Shown in pieces: positions 56,971-64,000 of a stretch of 64,000 nucleotides of DNA; the first letter of the stretch is position 1, and each line of letters opens with the position of its first letter. A model generated the notes under the pieces. It worked only from the letters and a program-made list of their open reading frames with translations, did no database searches and was not told the origin of the DNA. This DNA is from an uncultured bacterium (GTDB lineage: Bacteria; Methylomirabilota; Methylomirabilia; Methylomirabilales; CSP1-5). Both the position numbers and the translations under genes were made by a program. Location of the stretch: the NCBI GenBank assembly GCA_964348275.1, contig CAYGBT010000009.1, positions 19,541 through 83,540 on the forward strand, written 5' to 3'.

Positions 56971-58338
56971 CTAGGCGTTCATGGAACGTAGAAAGTCCGC
57001 GTTGTCTTTGGTCTCGGACAGTTTCCCCTGGAGGAGCTCCATCGCCTCCACGACCCCCATGGTGGCCAGGACCTTCCGGAGGACCCACATCCGGTTCAGC
57101 TCCTCTTGGGTCAGGAGTAGCTCCTCCTTGCGGGTCCCTGACCGGAAGATGTCGATGGCAGGAAACATCCGCTTGTCCACCAGACGTCGGTCCAGGTGAA
57201 GCTCCATATTCCCGGTGCCCTTAAACTCTTCAAAGATCACATCGTCCATCCGACTACCGGTATCGACCAAGGCCGTCGCGATGATGGTAAGAGATCCCCC
57301 CTCCTCGGTGTTCCGGGCCGCCCCGAAGAAGCGCTTGGGGCGCTGCAGGGCGTTGGCGTCGATTCCTCCCGAGAGAACTTTGCCGCTCGGCGGACAGACC
57401 GCATTATACGCGCGGGCGAGTCGGGTGATCGAGTCGAGCAGGATGACCACATCCCGCCTGTGCTCCACGAGACGTCTGGCCTTTTCCAAAACCATCTCCG
57501 CCACCTGGACGTGGCGACTGGCCGGCTCATCAAAGGTCGAGCTAATTACCTCCGCCTTCACCGACCGCTGAAAATCGGTCACCTCTTCCGGACGCTCATC
57601 GATCAGGAGCACGATGAGAAAGACCTCAGGGTGATTCTTGGTGACGCTGTTCGCAATCTTTTGCAGAAGGATCGTCTTCCCGGTCCGGGGCTGCGCCACG
57701 ATCAATCCCCGCTGCCCCTTCCCGATGGGCGTAATCAAATTCATGACCCGCATATTGATCTCATCACCCGTGGTTTCGAGGCCGATCCGCTCGTTGGGAA
57801 AGAGAGGAGTGAGGTTGTCGAACAGGGTCTTGTCCTTGATCACCTCGGGGTTTTCAAAGTTGACTGCCTCCACCTTGAGCAGCGCGAAATAGCGCTCCCC
57901 CTCCTTCGGCGGTCGGACCTGCCCCGATACGGTGTCGCCGGTCCTCAGATCGAAGCGCCGGATCTGGGACGGGGAGACGTAGATGTCGTCGGGGCCAGGA
58001 AGATAGTTATAGTTGGGCGCCCGGAGGAAGCCAAAGCCATCCGGGAGGACTTCCAGGACTCCCTCGGCAAAGATGAGCCCGTTCTTCTCTGCCTGGGCCT
58101 CCAGAATCTTGAAGATGAGTTCCTGCTTCCGTAGGGCGCTAGCGCCGACCAAGCCGAGGGAGCGAGCGATGGCGGTGAGTTCGGGGATCGTCTTTTCCGT
58201 CAACTCCGCCAAATTCATCAGACCTTCGCGGGGCGTGTCCTTGACCGCATCCCGGGCTACGGCTTTCGTCTCTCTTGTCTCTTTCCCCTCTTTGGTCACT
58301 TCTTTGGCGGCATCGGCCGCATGGCGTTGAGGTGACAT
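56971..58338 (-). CDS. rho: transcription termination factor Rho (possible 40-aa basic/acidic N-terminal extension)
   Basis: [23 protein letters not shown] begins at codon 41. RNA-binding and ATPase motifs are present ([15 protein letters not shown]). Confidence 0.95.
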   Translation of the reverse strand: MSPQRHAADAAKEVTKEGKETRETKAVARDAVKDTPREGLMNLAELTEKTIPELTAIARSLGLVGASALRKQELIFKILEAQAEKNGLIFAEGVLEVLPDGFGFLRAPNYNYLPGPDDIYVSPSQIRRFDLRTGDTVSGQVRPPKEGERYFALLKVEAVNFENPEVIKDKTLFDNLTPLFPNERIGLETTGDEINMRVMNLITPIGKGQRGLIVAQPRTGKTILLQKIANSVTKNHPEVFLIVLLIDERPEEVTDFQRSVKAEVISSTFDEPASRHVQVAEMVLEKARRLVEHRRDVVILLDSITRLARAYNAVCPPSGKVLSGGIDANALQRPKRFFGAARNTEEGGSLTIIATALVDTGSRMDDVIFEEFKGTGNMELHLDRRLVDKRMFPAIDIFRSGTRKEELLLTQEELNRMWVLRKVLATMGVVEAMELLQGKLSETKDNADFLRSMNA

Positions 58339-58623
58339 GGCGCTTTCTCTTTCTCCTTCTCCGTCCGGTCGCGGGACTTACAACAATGCCTCAGCTCTTG
58401 TACCCTCTCAATTTAGCCCCTGACGTATCTTTGATCACTGCACATCGATGCAGGACGAGGCGCGGTCGCCCAGGATAGAGTGTGGGGGCGGGATGAAATT
58501 CTCCGTTTGCGGACAGCACCCGATACAGGGAATCTCCCAAGGCAGATCAGAACAGCTGGAGAACAGTGGAGGAACTTACTTGAGAGTGCTGAGGAGATAT
58601 CTACATCCGGAATGTCTAATGCT

Positions 58624-58652
58624 ATGCTAAAGAGCCCCTCAGGGCTTGTCAA
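58624..58652 (-). promoter_or_regulatory. sigma70-like promoter (TTGACA-N17-TAGCAT, upstream A-tract) for rho, giving a leader of about 280 nt
   Basis: Minus strand: TTGACA at 58652-58647 (overlapping the coaE stop), TAGCAT at 58629-58624, preceded by AAAAAAAA. Confidence 0.4.
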
Positions 58653-59260
58653 GTTTTTTTTGAGCCAGTTTGGAACAGCACCTCGTATATCTCCTGCACC
58701 CTTTGCTCCGTTTCCCAAAGATCCCCTCCATTCTCGATAACGAAATGAGCCCGCGTGACCTTCTCTGAAAGAGGCATTTGACTGCGAATACGAGCCAAAG
58801 CCTCTTCCCGGGTCAGGCCCCGGTCTGCCATGAGGCGCCCCACCTGCACCTCCTGTGGGGCGGTGACGACGACCACGGAATCGAACCGACGCTCAGACTC
58901 GGCCTCGATGAGCAGGGGGAGCTCCACCACGCATATGGAGACCCCTTGTGTCCGAAGTTGAGCCACCCGCTGTTGGACCGCGGCAACGAGGGCAGGGTGA
59001 ACGATGGTTTCAAGTTGCCTCCGTCCCTTCTCATCACGAAAGACGATCTCGCCTAGGGACTTGCGATCGATCGTGCCGTCGTCTCGCAGAATCAGGGTAC
59101 CGAAGGCCTCGACAATGGCTTCATAGACTGATGTGCCTGGCTTTTGCAATTCTCGGACCATCTCATCAGCATCGAGGACCGCAGCCCCCCGCTCCGCAAA
59201 CATCCGGGCGACGGTACTCTTGCCGGTCGCAATCCCCCCCGTGAGCCCCACAAGCATCAT
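58649..59260 (-). CDS. coaE: dephospho-CoA kinase
   Basis: MMLVGLTGGIATGKST start (203 aa). The track ORF extends to 59524, overlapping the exonuclease gene. Confidence 0.9.
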   Translation of the reverse strand: MMLVGLTGGIATGKSTVARMFAERGAAVLDADEMVRELQKPGTSVYEAIVEAFGTLILRDDGTIDRKSLGEIVFRDEKGRRQLETIVHPALVAAVQQRVAQLRTQGVSICVVELPLLIEAESERRFDSVVVVTAPQEVQVGRLMADRGLTREEALARIRSQMPLSEKVTRAHFVIENGGDLWETEQRVQEIYEVLFQTGSKKT

Positions 59261-59264
59261 ACGA

Positions 59265-60128
59265 TCAGAGCATCCCTCGCGCAGGACCCTCGAGATTGGT
59301 GAGCAACCGAGTAAACTCGAGCTCCTGGAATAACACCCGAAGTCGTTCCCAATCGGGGGGCTGGCGTCGTAAGGCCTCCGCCGTGACTGAAAAGGGAAGG
59401 TCGGTCCGGATAGTGACAAGAGCTCGGTTCGCCCGGATCTGCTCGGCATGGGTCTTGAGGGCCTCGCGCAGCTTTTGCCGCTTGACCTGATCCAGAGACT
59501 GCAGGAGATTCTCCACCGTCCCAAATTCTTGAATCAAGGAGCTGGCCGTTTTCTCCCCCACTCCCGGCACTCCCGGGATGTTGTCAACGGCGTCCCCCGT
59601 GAGACTCATCAGGTCCACCATTGCGCGAGGCGGCACCCCATACCGACCCTCCACGTCCTCAACGCGATAGATCTTGTCGCGCATGGGATCGTACACCTGG
59701 ACGGCAGGTCCCACGAGCTGGAACAGATCCTTGTCACCCGAAACGATAGTCACCTGAAAGCCATCACCAACCGCTCGAGTTGCAACCGTCCCAATAATGT
59801 CGTCCGCCTCGTAACCCTCCTCCATCAGGGTCGGAACATTGAGGGCCTCCACAACCTGGTAGACATACGGGATCTGCGAGGCAAGGGCATCGGGTATGGG
59901 CGGACGCTGCGCCTTGTAGGCCTCATACTCTCGGTGACGCTCCGTCTCCCCTCCAGCATCAAACACTGCGGCCGCATGTTCCGGAGCCCGCTCCCGCATG
60001 ACCTTCAAGAACATATTGGTAAAGCCGTAGATCGCTCCGGTCGGGAGCCCCCGAGAATTGCTCAAGGGTGGAAGGGCATAGAAGGCTCGATAGATGTAGG
60101 ACGTTCCGTCAATAAGGTATAACTGCAT
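59265..60128 (-). CDS. stand-alone 5'-3' exonuclease / flap endonuclease (PolI N-terminal domain homologue, no polymerase domain)
   Basis: MQLYLIDGTSYIYRAFYA..., the GDKDL motif and an H3TH (GDAVDNIPGVPGVGEKTA). 287 aa, ending where the Klenow region would begin. Confidence 0.88.
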   Translation of the reverse strand: MQLYLIDGTSYIYRAFYALPPLSNSRGLPTGAIYGFTNMFLKVMRERAPEHAAAVFDAGGETERHREYEAYKAQRPPIPDALASQIPYVYQVVEALNVPTLMEEGYEADDIIGTVATRAVGDGFQVTIVSGDKDLFQLVGPAVQVYDPMRDKIYRVEDVEGRYGVPPRAMVDLMSLTGDAVDNIPGVPGVGEKTASSLIQEFGTVENLLQSLDQVKRQKLREALKTHAEQIRANRALVTIRTDLPFSVTAEALRRQPPDWERLRVLFQELEFTRLLTNLEGPARGML

Positions 60129-60256
60129 TGCTGAAAGGTTCAAAAGACCGGGTGAACAAGAGGCACCGCCCTGCCGGGCGATTTGAGAAGTATCAGAATC
60201 CCGCACCCGAGTCAACCCGCTCAGCGGACAGCCAATCACCAGCGACTTCCGGGGAC

Positions 60257-60985
60257 TCAGCGAAGGTCACCCCAGCGATACTGAAGGATACTGAGAGCCG
60301 CTATTGCAGCGGTCTCCGCCCGCAGGGTCCTGGGCCCGAGGGAAACGGGCACAAAGCCCGCCTTTTTCAAGAAGGTTACCTCGTCCGTCTCCAGCCCTCC
60401 CTCCGGACCCACCAGGATCTTGACCTCATCCGGGAGGGGAGTCTGCTCCAAGAGTGTGGCGAACGTCCCCACCCGCTCGCTCTCCCAAAACACAAAAGCG
60501 GCAGTGCGGCTCGGCCCGACCACATGTTGCTCAAGGGGGAGCGGTCCGGTGAGTTTTGGGACACGCAACCGACCTGATTGCTCCGCCGCCTCAATGGCAA
60601 TCCGTTCCCACCGGACCACCTTGCCCAGTCCCTCAGCCACCGTCCGCCTGGTCAACAGGAGGACAATCTCGGCCACCCCCATCTCTGTCGTCTTCTGGAT
60701 GAGGTAATCCATCTTGTCTCCCTTCAGAAGCCCTTGAAGCAGCACAACGCGAAGGGGAGACTCCCTCGGCGTTGCGCTTTCTGCCACAATGCGACCCACG
60801 ACTTGTCGCGGAGAGGCTCCCACAATTTCCACTTCCCACTCCCGCCCGCTGCCGTTGAAGATTAGGATGCGGGCGCCCACGCACATCCGAAGCACCCGCG
60901 TAATCTGACGAGCTTGAGGCGGGCTGAACTGAACCTTGTCACCCAGTCGGCACTCCCCAATAACAAAAAATCGATGCATCTTCAA
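60257..60985 (-). CDS. rsmE: 16S rRNA (uracil1498-N3)-methyltransferase RsmE
   Basis: MHRFFV...RVLR N-terminus and the C-terminal SPOUT knot (GPEGG...LGPRTLRAETAA). Confidence 0.9.
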   Translation of the reverse strand: MKMHRFFVIGECRLGDKVQFSPPQARQITRVLRMCVGARILIFNGSGREWEVEIVGASPRQVVGRIVAESATPRESPLRVVLLQGLLKGDKMDYLIQKTTEMGVAEIVLLLTRRTVAEGLGKVVRWERIAIEAAEQSGRLRVPKLTGPLPLEQHVVGPSRTAAFVFWESERVGTFATLLEQTPLPDEVKILVGPEGGLETDEVTFLKKAGFVPVSLGPRTLRAETAAIAALSILQYRWGDLR

Positions 60986-60989
60986 AAGT

Positions 60990-61017
60990 GTCCGAAGTCC
61001 GATGTCCGAAGTCGAAG
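60990..61017. repeat. 4 tandem heptamers (GTCCGAA GTCCGAT GTCCGAA GTCGAAG) immediately upstream of the rsmE start
   Basis: Same GTCCGAN unit that forms the hisF insertion. Confidence 0.75.
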
Positions 61018-61167
61018 AACAAGATCAGGGTCTTGGACGATCTTACTTTAAATTTCCCGAGATCACGAGCGTGGATAGGCGCTCAGCTCTGAAGTGTTTC
61101 GGAAGAGGCAAGAAGCTGATGAGGAGCAAAAGAGGGAACTACGATACGCGGTGACCCGACAACCGAT

Positions 61168-62268
61168 TTATCCACCAAAGAGCTCCCGGACCTTTTCGAA
61201 AAAGCTCTTGCTCAAGGGAGTTCCCTCGCCGTTCTCGAGGCGTCGGAGTTCTTCGAGGAGTTCCCGTTGTTGATGGGTCAGGCGGGTAGGAATTTCGACC
61301 AGGATCTTCACCCTCAGGTCCCCGCGACCGTAGCCCCGGAGGTTCGGGAGGCCGTATCCCCCGAAACGAAACTCCGTGCCCGGTTGGGTCCCCGGAGGGA
61401 TGTGAATGGGAATCATTCCCGTAAGCGTGGGAACCTGGGCCTCTCCCCCCAAGGCAGCCTGGGTGAAGCTGATCGGGACTTCACAGGTCAAATCATCCCC
61501 CTCACGGCGGAAAATGGGGTGCTCCCTCACTTGGACGACCACGTAGAGATCACCCGGAGGGCCTCCTCTGATCCCGGCTTCCCCCTCACTGCTGATCCGG
61601 AGCTGTGTCCCCGTCTCGACCCCTGCTGGGACCTTGACGGTCACTGTCCGCTCCTTGGTAATTCGACCTTCTCCTCGACACGCCTTGCAGGGCGAGCCGA
61701 TGACACTCCCCTCTCCTCCGCATCGATTACAGGTCTGGTTGACCGTAAGAAAGCCTCGTGAGAACCGGACCTGCCCTCTCCCACGGCAGGCCGGACAGGG
61801 CTCGGGTCGCGTTCCCGGCTGGGCCCCGGTCCCGTCACAGCTCTCACACGCCTCGAGTCGCGGAACGCTGATCTCTTTTTTCTTTCCCTTGGCGGCGTCC
61901 TCCAAAGTGATGGAAAGCGTATAGCGGAGGTCTGCACCCCGGTGCGCAGCACTCCGCCCGCCAAATCCTCCAAAAAACCCTTCCAGGATGTCTTCAAAAA
62001 GCCCTCCGAAGCCCATGCCGAAGTCGGCATACCCCTCGGCCATCCGAGGACCGCCGACGATTCCAAACCGGTCATAGTCCAGCCGTCGCTCAGGGTTCGA
62101 CAAGACTTCGTAGGCTTCGTTGATTTCCTTGAACTGCTCCGCCGCTGCCGGGTCGTTGGGATTCTTATCAGGATGGAATTTCAAGGCCAGACGGCGATAG
62201 GCCTTCTTGATCTCCTCTGGGGAGGCGCTCTTCGAGATACCGAGAATCTGATAGTAGTCCTTACTCAC
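61168..62268 (-). CDS. dnaJ: molecular chaperone DnaJ
   Basis: J-domain HPD (KFHPDKN), G/F region, four CxxCxGxG zinc motifs. Confidence 0.96.
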   Translation of the reverse strand: MSKDYYQILGISKSASPEEIKKAYRRLALKFHPDKNPNDPAAAEQFKEINEAYEVLSNPERRLDYDRFGIVGGPRMAEGYADFGMGFGGLFEDILEGFFGGFGGRSAAHRGADLRYTLSITLEDAAKGKKKEISVPRLEACESCDGTGAQPGTRPEPCPACRGRGQVRFSRGFLTVNQTCNRCGGEGSVIGSPCKACRGEGRITKERTVTVKVPAGVETGTQLRISSEGEAGIRGGPPGDLYVVVQVREHPIFRREGDDLTCEVPISFTQAALGGEAQVPTLTGMIPIHIPPGTQPGTEFRFGGYGLPNLRGYGRGDLRVKILVEIPTRLTHQQRELLEELRRLENGEGTPLSKSFFEKVRELFGG

Positions 62269-62887
62269 CGCCTTTCACCCCTGGCTGACCCTCTGGCTCC
62301 GCAGGAGCGGCAGCACCGGTGGATACCTTCACCTGGGCCGGACGGAGAACCTTTTGGTCCAAGAGGTATCCCGGAAGGACCTCCTCCACGACGGTGTTCT
62401 CGGGATAGTCGGCCGTCCGCACCTGCTCTACTGCGTCATGGATGGTCGGATCGAACTCCCGTCCGACGGTCTCGATTTCCCTCAGCCCTTGCTTTTCGAG
62501 CATCCCTTTGAAGAGACGGAGCGTGATGTCCACCCCTTCGATCAGGCCCTCGCCTCCCCCGGACGAGGCGGCGGAGGACCGCGCCGCAGCCAGCGCTCGC
62601 GCGAGATTATCCAGCACCGGAAGGAGCTCGAAGAGGAGACCCTCGTGCGCGGTTCGGATGAAATCGGTCCGTTCCCGTACCGTCCGCTTCCGATAATTGT
62701 CGAACTCAGCCGCGAGACGCAGATACCGATCTTGTAGCTCCTGGAGCTCTCGTGTCTGCACCGCGACCTTCTGCGAGAGATCCTCGTCCGGGGTCGTCTC
62801 CTCGGCCGGCGCCGGCTCCCCGGACACGGGTTCGACCGGTTGCTCCTCGGCTGAGTTCAGCTCCTCTTCCTGCCGTTCCCGAAACAT
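62261..62887 (-). CDS. grpE: nucleotide exchange factor GrpE
   Basis: [12 protein letters not shown] motif. ATG at 62887 (MFRERQEE); the track ORF starts at 62935. Confidence 0.92.
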   Translation of the reverse strand: MFRERQEEELNSAEEQPVEPVSGEPAPAEETTPDEDLSQKVAVQTRELQELQDRYLRLAAEFDNYRKRTVRERTDFIRTAHEGLLFELLPVLDNLARALAAARSSAASSGGGEGLIEGVDITLRLFKGMLEKQGLREIETVGREFDPTIHDAVEQVRTADYPENTVVEEVLPGYLLDQKVLRPAQVKVSTGAAAPAEPEGQPGVKGGE

Positions 62888-62952
62888 TCCCACTCTCCCC
62901 TGAAGGCAAAAAGCGAGAGGCAAACCTCCCGCCATTGAGCGTGCATCTTTTG

Positions 62953-63999
62953 CTACGAGGCGACTTCAGTCAGGTGTCGACTGACCAGTTTAGCGGTAAA
63001 GTCGACGAGGGGGACGATCTTGCTGTACTCCATCCGGGTCGGACCGATCACCCCGAGCGTCCCCAGCAGGTGCTCCCCGCACCAATACGGGGCCGTCACC
63101 AAGCTCAGGTCCTGCAACTCCGGGACGACGTTTTCCGAGCCGATGATGATGGTCAGCCCCTCTAGGACCAGGCACCGATCGAGAATCTTCACCAGCTTCG
63201 ACTTCTCCTCGAAGGCCGCAAAGATCGATCGCATCTTCTCGATATCGGCAAACTCCGGCTGATGCATAAAGTTCGCGGTTCCCCCAATGTAGACTTCCCC
63301 CTCCGTTTCTTCGGCAAAGCTCTTCTGACCCAGCTCGAGGGCCCGCCGGAGGAGTTCATCATACATCGCTTTCTCCTCGGCCATCCTCTTGACGAGAAGC
63401 TGCCGCACCCCGGAAAGGGATAGCCCCTCCACCAGCGTATTGAGCAGCCGGGCAATTTTGTTCAACTCCTCTTGGGGAATGACTTCATCAAGAATGACCA
63501 TCTTGTGGTGGACCTGTCCCGATGTGGCGATCAGGATGACGAGGACCCGCTCCGCTGACAGATGGACGAACTCGATCCGTTTCACCGTCAATTGGTCCAC
63601 CCGGGGTGCGAGGACCAATCCCACCGAACGTGAGAGGCCAGAGAGGAGCTTCGTGGCCTCCCGCATCAGGTCTTCCACCTCCCCAAGGAGACGCAATTGC
63701 CTCTCAATCATGCCCTCCTCCGCCCGGCTGAGGGGGCGTCGATCCATCAGGCTGTCCACGTAGAAGCGGTAACCCAGATCGGTGGGGACCCTGCCTGCGG
63801 AAGTATGCGGCTGGGCGAGAAACCCGAGCTGTGCCAGATCGGCCATGACGTTCCGGATGGTTGCCGGACTCAGTCGAAAGCCGTATTTCCGTGCGATGCT
63901 CCGGGAGCCGACGGGCTCGGCACTCGAAATATAATCCTGAATGATGACCCGCAGGACCTCCCGTTCTCGGTCGGTCAATTCGGTTGGCGCACTACCCAT
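62953..63999 (-). CDS. hrcA: heat-inducible transcription repressor HrcA
   Basis: LTDREREVLRVIIQDYISSAEPVGSRSIARK winged-helix N-terminus; 348 aa. The start is 1 nt from the window edge, so the upstream CIRCE site is not visible. Confidence 0.93.
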   Translation of the reverse strand: MGSAPTELTDREREVLRVIIQDYISSAEPVGSRSIARKYGFRLSPATIRNVMADLAQLGFLAQPHTSAGRVPTDLGYRFYVDSLMDRRPLSRAEEGMIERQLRLLGEVEDLMREATKLLSGLSRSVGLVLAPRVDQLTVKRIEFVHLSAERVLVILIATSGQVHHKMVILDEVIPQEELNKIARLLNTLVEGLSLSGVRQLLVKRMAEEKAMYDELLRRALELGQKSFAEETEGEVYIGGTANFMHQPEFADIEKMRSIFAAFEEKSKLVKILDRCLVLEGLTIIIGSENVVPELQDLSLVTAPYWCGEHLLGTLGVIGPTRMEYSKIVPLVDFTAKLVSRHLTEVAS

Positions 64000-64000
64000 G

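Noticed and set aside
58631-58660. Hairpin AGCCC-CTCA-GGGCT followed by T8 on the plus strand, as a possible terminator.
   Set aside because: No plus-strand gene ends here. On the minus strand the T-run is an upstream A-tract of the proposed rho promoter, which explains the sequence better.
43762-64000. Search for a CIRCE element (TTAGCACTC-N9-GAGTGCTAA) near hrcA-grpE-dnaJ.
   Set aside because: None was seen within the window. The hrcA upstream region lies beyond position 64000, so absence here is uninformative.

Overview
High-GC (about 60%) chromosomal segment from a diderm bacterium (lpxC, lolA, an RND efflux pump and sigma54-type NtrYX signalling are present). The phylum cannot be fixed from sequence alone. 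Almost all genes are housekeeping genes co-oriented on the minus strand. In coordinate order they are: an RND efflux pair plus TetR; yraN-rnhB; the rpsP-KH-rimM-trmD-rplS ribosomal cluster; ffh; glycerate kinase/thpR/cinA/pgpA; a GAF-GGDEF cyclase; lolA; ftsK; rnj; lon; galU; a plus-strand cold-shock gene; a small accessory-looking block at 25.6-32.9 kb; ntrYX; lpxC; dciA-rnhA-COG1579; tRNA-Met; rpoD-dnaG-mutS2-yqeY-rpsU; a complete hisGDBHAF(IE) operon fused behind rho-rpmE-prfA-prmC-murA; coaE; a stand-alone 5'-3' exonuclease; rsmE; and dnaJ-grpE-hrcA. I found no CRISPR array, prophage, integrase or recognisable defence island. The most unusual signal is non-genic: at least 12 loci carry tandem 7-nt-period repeats (units GTTCACN, GGTCATC, GTCCGAN, GCNNTCA), usually as a block followed by its reverse-complement block, giving long hairpins. 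They sit at operon junctions, bracket the tRNA, overlap several annotated start and stop codons, and are inserted in-frame inside hisF (126 nt = 18 heptamers = 42 codons) and hisH. Other notable items: two inverted copies of a ~105-bp MITE-like element 6.4 kb apart, one of which supplies a stop codon; a ~220-bp compound palindrome; a promoter-driven structured non-coding region at the window start; two tiny zinc-ribbon ORFs; a monocistronic Arg-rich small protein; a PilQ-N0-only ORF; and a trmD whose conserved N-terminus lies upstream of any ATG/GTG/TTG. Non-CDS coordinates were read by eye and may be off by 1-2 nt.
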